Shown here: positions 16,713 through 29,100 of the stretch, in pieces | How positions within the stretch are numbered: position 1 is the first letter of the stretch | How the letters are laid out: every line of letters begins with the position of its first letter | Assembly (NCBI GenBank): GCA_011390785.1 | Contig: JAABRR010000018.1 | Coordinates: 13,208 to 77,207, forward strand | Length of the DNA: 64,000 bases | Direction of reading: 5' to 3' | Source of the DNA: Sphingobacteriia bacterium | Lineage (GTDB): Bacteria > Bacteroidota > Bacteroidia > Bacteroidales > UBA7960 | The notes under the pieces: generated by a model | Seen by the model: only the letters and a program-made list of their open reading frames with translations | What the model was told of the DNA's origin: nothing | Database searches by the model: none | Position numbers and translations under genes: made by a program

Positions 16713-18378
16713 GGGTTACGAAATCTTTGTTTCTTTTATAAAATACAAATCCATTCTTTTCATAAAGTATTTCCAGCTGTGGATATTCCCTGAGATACCT
16801 TTCTTTTCTCTGAATTTTGGATACAAAATAAATGGTTTTATCTGTATCTCCTGTCATAAGCCATTCGGTATTGTTAGAAAGAGGGGTATCGGGAATTTGT
16901 TTTTCGCCATAAAAAAGGTGCGCATAGCTCTTAAATCCAAGGGTTTTGATGTAAGCGTCTTCTTTTGCCACGCTTTGATAAAACTCAATGGCAGCTCTCT
17001 GTGTATAACCTTCAACCCTGGGTATAACCAGTATTAGTGTTATGCTAATAAACAACAAGGTTGCTCCGTAAATTAGCATGGCAGCCTTTACAGCCTGCTT
17101 GCGATATTTTAAAAAAAGGATTACCCCTATAATTAAAAGCAGGCCGCCCAAACCTTCAGCTCCACTCCAGTTCACAGTGGCCTGCAAGTTACCCACAGCA
17201 AAAGGATCTGCAATTAAATCCATGGCAATTACCCGGTCGTTGAAAAAAATTATCAGATAGGGAAAAAGTAAAACCAAAACTCCGTATAAAACTCCCAATA
17301 TGGAAATGGTTATCCGTGAAAAGCGGTTATATGTTTCTCCCGATTGATCAAAATATCGTAAAACATAGGCCGCAAAAAACGTAAGAGGGAAATAAGACAA
17401 GGAAGAATAATGCATGATCTTGGTTTTGACAATGGTAAAAAGAATCATTACCACTGCAAGTAAAACACCCATTAAAACCTGCAAGTCTTTATCCTCGCCC
17501 CTGAAATAAAGTTTTTGACCCCGGCACCATGCTGCAAAAGCTATTATTGCAGCCGGAAATACACCAAAAAATACCACCACAAAATGATAGAGTAGAAAGC
17601 CACCATGGCCTGCGTCCTGGGTCTTGAATAACCTTATCTGGTATTCAATAAAATCGGCGATAATAGTGTAATTGCCGATCATTATTTGCAGGATAAACCA
17701 CAGACCGCCGGTAATGGTTATAAAAAAAACAAACAATGCAATATCGCGAATAGTGAAACCTACAGCAAATCGCTTGTAAATCAGATAAATAAATCCACTA
17801 AGTGCGAAAACCAGCAAAGCAACCGGACCCTTGGTTAAAATTGCGAGTCCTATTAATGTGCCCGATAAAATGGCGAAAATAATTTTTTGTTGCTTTACAC
17901 GGGCAATTGTATATTCGTAGAAACTATATGTACCGGAAAATATAAAGAGGTTGAACCACGGATCGATAATGCCACTTTTAAAATAAAAAAAAGGGAGAAC
18001 AGACCCGCCATATGCCATTACCCAAAACCAACCAAAGCGTTTGTTAAACAGTCTTTTTCCAATAAAATAAAGAAACAGAAGAGTAATCATTCCTGCTATT
18101 GCATTGGGGAAACGGGCAGCAAATTCGTTGATGCCAAATATTTTCATGCTCACCACCTGCATCCAGATAAATAGCGGGGGCTTTTCCCAAAAGGGGACAA
18201 AATTTATCTGTACGGTAAGATAATCTCCGGTAAGGATCATCTCGCGGGCCGATTCGGCAAAATTGATCTCATCCCAGTCAAATAAATGAACCTTACCCAA
18301 AAAGGGTAAAAAGAAGACGAGCGACAAAAGCGCTATCCAAATAAAATTGCGATCAAATGACAAACGGTTAGATGCCAT
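16702..18378 (-). CDS. ArnT/PMT_2-family (GT-C) membrane glycosyltransferase
   Basis: LFDWDEINFAESAREM, EKPPLF, EFAARFPNA and AILTKGPVA motifs; many transmembrane segments. Confidence 0.85.
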   Translation of the reverse strand: MASNRLSFDRNFIWIALLSLVFFLPFLGKVHLFDWDEINFAESAREMILTGDYLTVQINFVPFWEKPPLFIWMQVVSMKIFGINEFAARFPNAIAGMITLLFLYFIGKRLFNKRFGWFWVMAYGGSVLPFFYFKSGIIDPWFNLFIFSGTYSFYEYTIARVKQQKIIFAILSGTLIGLAILTKGPVALLVFALSGFIYLIYKRFAVGFTIRDIALFVFFITITGGLWFILQIMIGNYTIIADFIEYQIRLFKTQDAGHGGFLLYHFVVVFFGVFPAAIIAFAAWCRGQKLYFRGEDKDLQVLMGVLLAVVMILFTIVKTKIMHYSSLSYFPLTFFAAYVLRYFDQSGETYNRFSRITISILGVLYGVLVLLFPYLIIFFNDRVIAMDLIADPFAVGNLQATVNWSGAEGLGGLLLIIGVILFLKYRKQAVKAAMLIYGATLLFISITLILVIPRVEGYTQRAAIEFYQSVAKEDAYIKTLGFKSYAHLFYGEKQIPDTPLSNNTEWLMTGDTDKTIYFVSKIQRKERYLREYPQLEILYEKNGFVFYKRNKDFVTHDQ

Positions 18379-18389
18379 AATACCTGTGA

Positions 18390-19034
18390 TTAAGTTCTTG
18401 AAAAATCAATTTTTCTTTCCATCCAGTTTCTTTGCCAGTAATTAAACAGGATAACTGATATAGTGGCAGCAATTACCCCTATAAGTGACCCTGCAATAAC
18501 ATCGGGCAAAAAGTGCAGCGATAAGTACATTCTGGAGAAACCCACCAAAAAGGCAAGTAACAGATATAAAAACTGAAGGCTTCGGTTTTGGGTAGTAAAT
18601 ATCAAACAAAAGAACAAGGCAAATGCTGTGGCGGTATGCCCTGAAGGAAACGAAAAGTTTTTGTGTATTTCTACACCTTCTACAAAATAAAGGTCATAGC
18701 TATTCTCAAAATACCTTGCGGGGCGGGCAACACCGGGGAAAAATACCCGTTTCATCACCTGAGCCCCAATACCCGCTAAAACAGCAGCGGTTAGCTGCAT
18801 CAGGCTGTACCTGAATTTTACAAATAGAAAAAAAAGGATTAGAATTGCTGCAAAAAAACCATCGCCGAGATGGGTAATATACTTAAATGCAAAATCTGCG
18901 GCAGGATGATGCTGTTCATTGATAAATATATGAATATCAGCTTTGCCAAATTGTTGAACAAAAAATAACAATAGCAGGGTTATACATGCATAACTGGCTA
19001 TAGCCCATGAACTGTTTTTCCAGATAAACTTCAT
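18390..19034 (-). CDS. PAP2-family phosphatase (lipid A or undecaprenyl-PP phosphatase-like)
   Basis: K......RP, SFPSGH and SRMYLSLHFLPDV motifs. Confidence 0.88.
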   Translation of the reverse strand: MKFIWKNSSWAIASYACITLLLLFFVQQFGKADIHIFINEQHHPAADFAFKYITHLGDGFFAAILILFFLFVKFRYSLMQLTAAVLAGIGAQVMKRVFFPGVARPARYFENSYDLYFVEGVEIHKNFSFPSGHTATAFALFFCLIFTTQNRSLQFLYLLLAFLVGFSRMYLSLHFLPDVIAGSLIGVIAATISVILFNYWQRNWMERKIDFSRT

Positions 19035-19207
19035 TTTAGGTAAGAATTTGTGATACCCACTACAGAGAAAGATTTCAGGATTATCTCAATAAACCCTTAA
19101 AAAATAATAGTTACATTTGTTTGATAAACCAAGGCGAAAGTAAAAAAAACATTCATATTAGCCAAATACGCTTTTGAAGATTTCCTGATGCCATAGGTTG
19201 ATTTTAA

Positions 19208-19244
19208 ACCACCCCAGATACTAACTATTGGGATGGTCTTTTTT
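19208..19244 (+). terminator. Terminator-like hairpin in the cyclophilin leader
   Basis: ACCACCCCAG / TTGGGATGGT stem with one mismatch, followed by CTTTTTT. Confidence 0.4.
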
Positions 19245-19276
19245 ATACTAATAATTTTATTCTAACAACATTAACT

Positions 19277-19717
19277 ATGTTAATCGCTTCAATACAAACT
19301 GAAAAAGGGGTAATGAAAGTTTCTTTTTATGAAGAAGATGCCCCGGGAACAGTTAAAAATTTTGTTGATCTGGCCAAAAAGGGTTTTTACAACGGGCTAA
19401 CCTTCCACCGTGTAATACCTGACTTTGTTATTCAGGGCGGTTGCCCCCTCGGCACAGGCGGTGGTGGCCCGGGCTATACCATTCCGTGCGAATTGGCTGG
19501 CAGTAATCAGTATCATGACCGTGGTGTTTTATCGATGGCACACGCTGGCCGCAATACCGGCGGATCGCAGTTTTATATTTGTCACAATCGCTATAACACC
19601 CAGCATCTCGATCGCAAACATACCTGCTTTGGCAAGGTTTACGAAGGCCTGGAAGTAATTAATGAAATTAGGCCCGGCGATAAGATTGAAAAAATTGTGA
19701 TTGAAGAGAACTCCTAA
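19277..19717 (+). CDS. Cyclophilin-type peptidyl-prolyl cis-trans isomerase
   Basis: [40 protein letters not shown] and HTCFGKV motifs. Confidence 0.95.
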   Translation: MLIASIQTEKGVMKVSFYEEDAPGTVKNFVDLAKKGFYNGLTFHRVIPDFVIQGGCPLGTGGGGPGYTIPCELAGSNQYHDRGVLSMAHAGRNTGGSQFYICHNRYNTQHLDRKHTCFGKVYEGLEVINEIRPGDKIEKIVIEENS

Positions 19718-19726
19718 ACTTTTACT

Positions 19727-19942
19727 ATGCAAACAATTAGATTTCCCCTCAACGGGGATTTTATTGAATTATCAAACCTGCTGAAAGTTACCCAAATTGC
19801 CAGTAGTGGCGGCGAAGCCAAAATTATGATAGCAGATGGGTTGGTAAAACTAAATGGTGAAACAGAAAGTCGTAAACGGGCAAAAATAAAACCCGGCGAT
19901 AAGGTACAGGTTGACGATTATACAATTGTTGTAGAACCTTGA
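19727..19942 (+). CDS. S4-domain RNA-binding protein (YbcJ/YaaA family)
   Basis: FIELSNLLK...SGGEAK..I..G.V.LNG..E.RKRAKI..GD motif. Confidence 0.9.
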   Translation: MQTIRFPLNGDFIELSNLLKVTQIASSGGEAKIMIADGLVKLNGETESRKRAKIKPGDKVQVDDYTIVVEP

Positions 19943-20076
19943 TTATTATGTACCTGTCGAATTTTTTGAAGTGGTTAAATTGGTAAAGAGCATTTAAATA
20001 ATCTGAAAGATAAATTCAATGCTGATTTTTCTATTAGGAGATACTGCTTTTAATTTGATGTTGAGTACAAAGCAAT

Positions 20077-20112
20077 AAAAAAAGCTTCACGTTTTTTGTG
20101 AAGCTTTTTTTT
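20077..20112. terminator. Bidirectional intrinsic terminator (groEL / S4 gene)
   Basis: A-tract, GCTTCAC, 7-nt loop, GTGAAGC, T-tract, between convergent genes. Confidence 0.85.
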
Positions 20113-20132
20113 AATATTTATAATCGGTGATT

Positions 20133-21779
<1,647 letters not shown>

Positions 21780-21828
21780 TTATTTTTGTTTTAGATTAAA
21801 TTTATATACTTTCTTTAAATATCTTTGA

Positions 21829-22110
21829 TTAACCAATTACAGCATAAACGTCAGATTCACGCATGATCAGATAATCTTTACCATCAACTGTAATTTCTGT
21901 TCCGGCATATTTTCCATACAATACAATGTTACCTGTTTTAACAGTAAGTGGAGCATCTTTTGTTCCGGTTCCAACTGCAACGATAGTTCCTCTCTGAGGC
22001 TTCTCTTTTGCTGTGTCAGGAATAATAATACCACCTGACGTTTTTTCTTCTGCCGCGGCGGGCTCTACCAGCACTCTGTCTGCTAAAGGCTTGATGTTTA
22101 TATTTGCCAT
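21829..22110 (-). CDS. groES: Co-chaperonin GroES
   Basis: [26 protein letters not shown] and YLIMRESD motifs. Confidence 0.99.
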   Translation of the reverse strand: MANINIKPLADRVLVEPAAAEEKTSGGIIIPDTAKEKPQRGTIVAVGTGTKDAPLTVKTGNIVLYGKYAGTEITVDGKDYLIMRESDVYAVIG

Positions 22111-22179
22111 GTTCTCAATTTTTGATTGTTAAACAATTAATAATTTCTAATTTTTAATTTTTTATTGCATCACTGCCAC

Positions 22180-22198
22180 TGTCACTTTTTGTGCCAAA
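22180..22198 (-). promoter_or_regulatory. Sigma54-like -24/-12 promoter of groES
   Basis: Minus strand TTGGCACAAAAAGTGAC has a good -24 box (TGGCAC) and an imperfect -12 box. Confidence 0.45.
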
Positions 22199-22251
22199 CC
22201 TTTTTATTGGCGTTTTTAACGTCATTATTGCATAGTAGGGGGAAGAGAAAT

Positions 22252-22289
22252 AAAAAAAGTGTCAGATTTATGACAATCTGACACTTTTT
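22252..22289 (-). terminator. Intrinsic terminator after secG
   Basis: AAAAAGTGTCAGATT, 6-nt loop, AATCTGACACTTTTT: a perfect stem with flanking A/T tracts. Confidence 0.8.
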
Positions 22290-22312
22290 AACTTGTACTT
22301 TAATGTATGCTC

Positions 22313-22681
22313 TTAGTCCAATGCAGGAGGCTCTTCAGAAGGTATGTTTTGATCTTCTGCCGGAACTCCTTGTGCCGGAGGTGCAGAAAAATCGCCCGAT
22401 GGCATAGGAATACGGTCAATAATTTCACTTTGGCGGGTTTCTATTACCTGGCCACGAGGAATTACAAAAGTTGAAGATAGAGTAAGTACAACCAGAACTA
22501 TAGCCAATGTCCAGGTTGATTTTTCAAGAAAATCAGTGGTTTTTCTTACACCCATAATTTGATTGTTAGATGCAAAGTTGGAAGCAAGGCCACCACCCTT
22601 GGAGTTTTGAACCAACACAATAAGTATTAATAAGATGCATGTGATAAGAATCAAAACGGAAATTAAAATGTATGCGCCCAT
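22313..22681 (-). CDS. secG: Preprotein translocase subunit SecG
   Basis: Two transmembrane helices; VLVQNSKGGGL and FLEKSTW motifs. Confidence 0.95.
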   Translation of the reverse strand: MGAYILISVLILITCILLILIVLVQNSKGGGLASNFASNNQIMGVRKTTDFLEKSTWTLAIVLVVLTLSSTFVIPRGQVIETRQSEIIDRIPMPSGDFSAPPAQGVPAEDQNIPSEEPPALD

Positions 22682-22692
22682 TTTTCGTTTAT

Positions 22693-23775
22693 TTAAATAT
22701 TGATTTCGTTTTTAATAGCTATTATTTTTTTTGCAAAGTAACTGCTTTTTTCCGGATATTTCAAACATAATTTTTCATAGATACCCAGCGCTTTATCCTT
22801 TTTCCCTTGCTTCATATAAATGCCTGCTAATGTTTCAGTTACAATCTCTGAATTGTCTTTTGTACTGGTTTCCGACAAGTCTTCCTGGCTCTCTGGAAGA
22901 TCTTTACTAACCTTAATCCGGGGCTTTTCTTTCAGAAACTTCTCTATCAAAAAGTTAATGTCGGGCTTTTGTGCTTGTTTTTCGTGTTCGGTAAAATCGG
23001 GTTTGGGAATATTTTCTGATTCCTTACCTGCCCTGATATCTATTGTGGAAGTATTATTTATCTCTATGGAAGATTCCTCAGGAAAGTGAGTTGTTTCCAA
23101 ATCTGAAAAAGTATTATGAAGCTTTGTTTCTTCATTTGATAGGTCTTGTTCTGTGGGTTCAGATTCATCTGTTGTAACTGATTTTTCATGAATCACTTCT
23201 TTTTCATCAGTTTGTGTTTCCTGATCAGGAAGGATTCCATCACTATCGGCTATTTTCTCTTTTTGTGTTATAGATTCTGTTGTTTGAATAGTGGGTTGTT
23301 TTGGCCCGATCCCCAGCCAGTTTTTCAGTTTTTGAAAAATAGAAACAGAAGGTTTTTCTTCTTCAATTCCTAGTCTTGTTTGAATTAAGGGCGAAATCAT
23401 TGAGTTAGCTTGCTTTACGGCTATTTCTTCAGATTCAGTATCAAGAGCGGTTTCGGGATTTTCCAGAGGCTGATCTTCCAGAGGTAATTCTATGGCCTGT
23501 TGTGCATTATATTGTGTTTCATTCAGACCAACGGGTTTATCGCGATCAGATATGTAGCGTTGAAATTTATGGCGGTCAACGGCGTATGCTGACGCTCTGT
23601 TAACTTGTTCTTCAAAAGCCAGCTTATCATGCGTTTGTTGGTTTTTTGCCAATAAAATCTGCAAACTTTGACAGAAAGGATAGTTTGCCGTCAAATTACT
23701 AAGCAACACAAGGGTTTTCTCATTGAGTTGATAGGGGTTTTTAATGATTTGAAGAATCTTTTGTTGGTTTTGCAT
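22693..23775 (-). CDS. Conserved Bacteroidota hypothetical protein with a C-terminal TPR-like motif
   Basis: N-terminal YPFCQ..Q.LL, an acidic low-complexity middle, and C-terminal VTETLAGIYMKQG...A..IYEKL.LKYPEKSSYFA. Lies between lptE and secG. Confidence 0.75.
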   Translation of the reverse strand: MQNQQKILQIIKNPYQLNEKTLVLLSNLTANYPFCQSLQILLAKNQQTHDKLAFEEQVNRASAYAVDRHKFQRYISDRDKPVGLNETQYNAQQAIELPLEDQPLENPETALDTESEEIAVKQANSMISPLIQTRLGIEEEKPSVSIFQKLKNWLGIGPKQPTIQTTESITQKEKIADSDGILPDQETQTDEKEVIHEKSVTTDESEPTEQDLSNEETKLHNTFSDLETTHFPEESSIEINNTSTIDIRAGKESENIPKPDFTEHEKQAQKPDINFLIEKFLKEKPRIKVSKDLPESQEDLSETSTKDNSEIVTETLAGIYMKQGKKDKALGIYEKLCLKYPEKSSYFAKKIIAIKNEINI

Positions 23776-23786
23776 CTTTGGTTTTT

Positions 23787-24293
23787 TTACCAGTTCACCA
23801 CGGCTTTGTTAAAAATATCTTCTACCAATGCTTCGGTAATAATCTCTATTGCTTCAGCTTCAACTTCAGAAAGGCTGCGTTGGCTGTTATAATCATAAAA
23901 GCGTGAAAATGTTTGTTCAAAATCGTTTTCAGGTTCAAATTCATTTATAAATTTTACTCTAACTGAAATCGTTAGCCGGTTTTGAGCGGCCTGATCATTT
24001 GCACCTATAGATTGGGGTTGTACGCTATAACCTGTAATACTTCCTTCAAAATGCAGATCACCCAAGCTGTTGTTTAACCGCAGGCTGGTTTGTTGCGAAA
24101 ATTTATCTTTAAGGGCATCCGTAAAAATTTGACTTAGAGTAGGTTGAACCAATGGGGCGAAGTTAGGGAAATAATCGACTGAAAAAGTAGATGCTCCGGC
24201 AGGTATTGATGCTCCCGTAAAAGAATAAATACCACATGAATGGGTTACAAAAAAGATTGATAACAGGGCAATTATTTTACTCAGATTTTTCAT
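23787..24293 (-). CDS. lptE: LptE-family LPS assembly lipoprotein
   Basis: Probable start MKNLSK at 24293. Lipobox HSCG followed by YSFTGASI, FEGSITGY, RLTISVRVKF and DIFNKAVVNW. Confidence 0.8.
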   Translation of the reverse strand: MKNLSKIIALLSIFFVTHSCGIYSFTGASIPAGASTFSVDYFPNFAPLVQPTLSQIFTDALKDKFSQQTSLRLNNSLGDLHFEGSITGYSVQPQSIGANDQAAQNRLTISVRVKFINEFEPENDFEQTFSRFYDYNSQRSLSEVEAEAIEIITEALVEDIFNKAVVNW

Positions 24294-24385
24294 AGAATTT
24301 TTTAGGGTTATCAATTATTTCAATTACTGTATTGAAAACCAAAGGTAATATCAGTAGGTATCCTTTGGTATCAATTCTTAATACA

Positions 24386-25636
24386 CTATGCACTAATGTC
24401 ATATTCTTTAATTTTTCGGTATAGAGTTCTTTCACTTATTCCCAATTCATCTGCAGCTTTTTTTCTTCTCCCTTCATGCTTTTGTAACGCCCTGATTATC
24501 AAATCTTTTTCTTTTTTATGAATGCTAAGGCTTTCTTCAATATAGCCAGTTGCATCTTCTTCATAACTTTCTACAATCTGGTGGTGATGATCGGTAAGTT
24601 CTGATGTTTCAGATTCTGGTTCTGTCATGTAATCGTCTGAATCTACATCTTTGTAAAGACTTTTGATTAAATGTGGATTTTCTTCATGGAAACTTCCGCT
24701 TACCTGTCCGTTTCTTACCAGCTCAATGACAATTTTCTTCAGATCTGTAACATCTTTTCTCATATCGAAAAGTAACCTATACAAAATATCTCTTTCATTC
24801 ATGCCGGCATCTGTGCGTTTCAAATCACTCACCAAAACGGGTAAATTAGAGCTTTGCGTTTGGGGAAGGTATTTATGAATAATATCAGATGTGATAATAC
24901 GGCTGCTTTCAATTACTGAAATCTGCTCGGCAATATTTTTTAGTTGCCTGATGTTTCCAGGCCAGCGATAATTAAGCAAAATAGTTTCTGCTTCCTGGCT
25001 TAACTGAAGAGGGGGCATTCGGTATTTTTCGGCAAAATCAGCCGAAAATTTCTTGAAAAGCATAATAATATCAAGTTGTCTGTCGCGAAGAGCCGGTACA
25101 AATATGGGTACCGTGTTTAACCGGTAATAAAGGTCTTCTCTGAATTTTCCGTTTGAAATGGCCTCCTGCAAATTTACATTTGTGGCAGCCACAACCCTTA
25201 CATTGGTTTTAAGAACTTTCGATGATCCAACCTTTAAAAACTCGCCACTTTCTAAAACACGAAGTAACCTAACCTGGGTAAGCAGTGGTAGTTCTGCTAC
25301 TTCATCAAGAAAAATGGTTCCATTGTTTACTACTTCAAAATAGCCTCTGCGTGCTTCATGGGCTCCGGTAAAAGAACCTTTTTCATGGCCAAAAAGCTCT
25401 GAATCAATTGTCCCTTCTGGTATGGCGCCACAGTTTACGGCAATGAAAGGGCCATGTTTTCGTGCACTCAGTTGATGTATGATCTTGGGAAACGATTCTT
25501 TGCCAACGCCACTTTCACCTGTTATCAAAACACTAATATCTGTGGGTGCTACCTGAATGGCAACATCTATTGCCCGGTCAAGAGCTGGTGAATGGCCGAT
25601 GATTCCAAATCTTTGTTTTATTCCTTGGATTTCCAT
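24386..25636 (-). CDS. Sigma54-interacting AAA+ transcriptional activator (bEBP) without an N-terminal sensory domain
   Basis: [35 protein letters not shown] and WPGNIRQL motifs; C-terminal Fis-type HTH ([15 protein letters not shown]). Confidence 0.93.
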   Translation of the reverse strand: MEIQGIKQRFGIIGHSPALDRAIDVAIQVAPTDISVLITGESGVGKESFPKIIHQLSARKHGPFIAVNCGAIPEGTIDSELFGHEKGSFTGAHEARRGYFEVVNNGTIFLDEVAELPLLTQVRLLRVLESGEFLKVGSSKVLKTNVRVVAATNVNLQEAISNGKFREDLYYRLNTVPIFVPALRDRQLDIIMLFKKFSADFAEKYRMPPLQLSQEAETILLNYRWPGNIRQLKNIAEQISVIESSRIITSDIIHKYLPQTQSSNLPVLVSDLKRTDAGMNERDILYRLLFDMRKDVTDLKKIVIELVRNGQVSGSFHEENPHLIKSLYKDVDSDDYMTEPESETSELTDHHHQIVESYEEDATGYIEESLSIHKKEKDLIIRALQKHEGRRKKAADELGISERTLYRKIKEYDISA

Positions 25637-25680
25637 TGTTATCACTATTCTATTCTGTTTTTATGCCAATTTGACAGTTA

Positions 25681-25688
25681 CAAAGTTA
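25681..25688 (-). promoter_or_regulatory. Sigma-A -7 element of the bEBP-lptE-secG operon
   Basis: Minus strand TAACTTTG. Confidence 0.55.
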
Positions 25689-26156
25689 ATTGATTATTTT
25701 CAGATTTTATCTTTCAGCAGGCTTATTTGGTTGAGCTTGTTAATAATCAATAACAATTCTTCAAAAAGTGCATTTATATTTATAATGTTCGTTTTATTGT
25801 TTAGAATGCTTAATTGTTATATAGATTTTTATTATTATTGCCCGGTGGTATGGTAACGAAAAATTCTAACATTAATATATGGGCTTCTAAAATGGATAGA
25901 ATAACTGATCGCAACTTTTTTTCAAGAAATTATGATTAAATTTTATTCAGCAGGGGATTTATTCTGGGATATTTTTAATAAAAAATAACTGCTAATTATT
26001 TTGTATTGAAGTTGCAAAGGCTAAAAAATAAATCTACCGTATAAAAATCTTAAGGTTTATCTTAAAAATGCCTATATTTATGAATTGAAATTATAAAATT
26101 TGACTTTTTTGGGTTCCCAAAAGTTTTCTGTTTAAATAGTTAGTAATTAGAGGTGT

Positions 26157-29100
26157 ATGTCATCAGAAGACAATTTTAAAAAGTTACGTGAAGCAGCTGA
26201 AAATGCCCTTGACAGGTTAAATTCTTCGGGCAAAATGGATAATTCTCCGGAAAATGACCTGAAAAAGATCTTGCATGATTTGCAGGTTCACCAGATGGAA
26301 CTTGAGATGCAGAATGAGGAACTGCGTAGAGTGCAGGATATGTTGGAACAGGAAAAATTACGCTATACCAATCTGTTTGAATATGCTCCTGTCGGTTACG
26401 TACTTATGAATAAACAAGGTAAGATAACAACCATTAATCAAACCTTATGTTCTTTGCTGGGAATTTCCAAATCTTCTGTTACCGATAAGAAGAATCTCTC
26501 ATCCTATCTTAGTCCCGAATCACAGGATGTTTTTTATCTTCATATTCAAAATCTTTTAGAAAAAGGGAAATCATCATTCTGCAAACTGGCTATGAAGACC
26601 CCTGGTAATGTTGAGCTTTGGGTAATCATGGAAAGTAAAATTTTCTATTCCGATGAGTCAAGTGAATATATAATTCAGTCATCCTTAACAGATATTTCAG
26701 CATCAAAAATTAATGAAGATCATTTGCTTCGCCTTTCTACTGCTTTTGAACAAAGTGCAAATTCTATTATAATTACAGATATTTCAGGAAATATTCAGTT
26801 TGCCAACCCAAGAGTTTTTGAAACTACAGGGTTTTCTGAGGATGAATTAATAGGGGAGAATCCCCGAATAATAAAATATGAAAACTCTGAAGTTAATTAT
26901 TCGGAAATGTGGGAAACCATTTCTTCCGGCCAGACCTGGAAGGGCGAATTTATTAATAAAGATAAATTTGGAAATCTTTATTGGGAAATTGCCACTATCT
27001 CTCCAGTAAAAAATAAGCAAGGTAAAATCATTAATTATCTTGCCATTAAGGAAGATATAACCCAACGAAAACAGGCTGAAAAGAATTTGCAAAAGGCAAA
27101 GGATTTTTATTTGAAGCTGTTAGAAGATTTTCCTGTAATGGTTTGGCAGTGCGATAAAAAAGGAAACTTTAATTTTTTCAATAAAACATTTGCTTCTTTT
27201 ACCGGGTTAAACCCTCAAAATATTAATAATAAAGCATATATAAAGCAAATACATCCCAGTGATAGAGATATTTTTCTTGACTCATTTAATAAAAGCCTGA
27301 AAAACAATAATCCCTTTGTTGTAGAATACCGCCTGAAAGACCGGTATAATAATTACCGATGGGTACTTAACCATGCGAAACCATTTTCAGATATTGACGG
27401 TAATTATGGCGGGTTTATTGCCACTTCAACAGACATACACGATCGATGGGTGGTAGAAGAAAGATTGATAGAAAGTGAAGAAAGTTACCGAAGAATGTTT
27501 GAAGACTCCTTATTAGGTATATTTAAGCTAGACAGAAACTTTCAGTTTATTAGTGCAAATAAAGCTTTTGCTGAAATGTTCGGATATGAAAATACGGTTG
27601 ATTTTCTTATAGATATTAACAATAAACCAAAAAACTTTTTCATTGATTTTTCTATAGAAAAGGAATTTCGGAAACAATTGGTAAGGAGTAAAGAGAATCG
27701 GTTTGTTATTGAAAAAGAATTAACCAGAAAAGATAAAAGTGTTATCTACACGGTAATTCATTTGCGTAAGGTTTACGAAAGATCTCGGAACAAACAATAT
27801 TACATGGAGGGCTTCATTGAAGATGTAACAACCCGTAAGCTCTCTGAAAAGAAACTTACACTTTCACAACAGAAATTTAAGTCATTGTTCGAAAAATCAT
27901 ATGAAGCTATTTTAATTCTTGATGGAAATCTTATTGTAGATTGCAATAAAAGGGCTACCGAAATATTAAATCTTGAATTTGATGATTTGATTAATAAGAA
28001 CATCACCGAGTTTTCTGTTAAAAGACAAAGTGAAAGAAATAGCCGCAAACCCCTACTGCAGCAAAAAATAGATGCAGCTTTAAAAGGACAATCGCAAAAC
28101 TTTGAGTTACTTTTGATACGAAACCATAGAACCTTCGATGCTGAAGTTAGCTTCATCAGAATTTTTATGGACAATAAGTTTATGGTACAGGCTATTGTAA
28201 GAGACATTAGCGAGAAGAAACAAGCAGAAAAACAACTTAAGCAAGCACGAGACGATGCAGAAAAAGCAAAGATGGCACAAAGTGAATTTCTATCCCTTAT
28301 GAGCCACGAAATAAGAACACCTCTAAATGCTGTGGTATCGCTCACCGATTTAATGTTGCACGAACATCAATCACCAGACCAAAGAGAAAATCTCAGCTCC
28401 GTAAAACTATCCGCCAGACATCTTCTTGGCCTTATCGATGATATCCTTGATTATAACAAAATTGAATCGGGGAATATTCAGTTCGATATTGAAGATTTCG
28501 ATATCAGAAGTTTGGTAAGCCAGCTCGAAAAGGTTTTTGAAATAAAAGCCAGAGAGAAAAAAATAAAGTTTTTAACCCATGTAGAGGATAATGTGCCCGA
28601 AGTATTACGTGCTGATACCTTAAGGTTAAAACAGATTCTTTTTAATATGGTTGCCAATGCCATAAAATTTACCAATGAAGGCTATGTGAAGCTACAGGTT
28701 GAAAAAGCTCATATGGATGACAACAAGGTATTTTTTGAAATCAGAGATACCGGCATAGGCATTGCACCGGAAAGGCTGGAAGCTATTTTTGATAAATTTA
28801 CCCAGGAAGAAAGCAGCACAACAAGGAAGTATGGTGGCAGCGGACTTGGGCTCTCAATTTGCAAAAAATTAGTAGAACTTCAAAAAGGTAAGATAAAGGC
28901 TATCAGCAGTAAGAATGAAGGATCCGTTTTCTCCTTTTTTCTACCCATGGAAAAAGGAGATAAATCAGCAATAGAAACTTTAGAACTTGAAGAACACAAA
29001 GACATCTATTCGCTAAAGGAAATGAAAATCCTAATGGTAGAAGATGATAAAATGAATCAGCTGGTTGGCAAAAAGGTAATAAAAACAAAATGGAAAGCCA

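Noticed and set aside
25690..26150. Long AT-rich intergenic region as a possible RNA gene or origin
   Set aside because: No convincing stems or repeated DnaA-box-like motifs by eye. It is consistent with divergent promoters.
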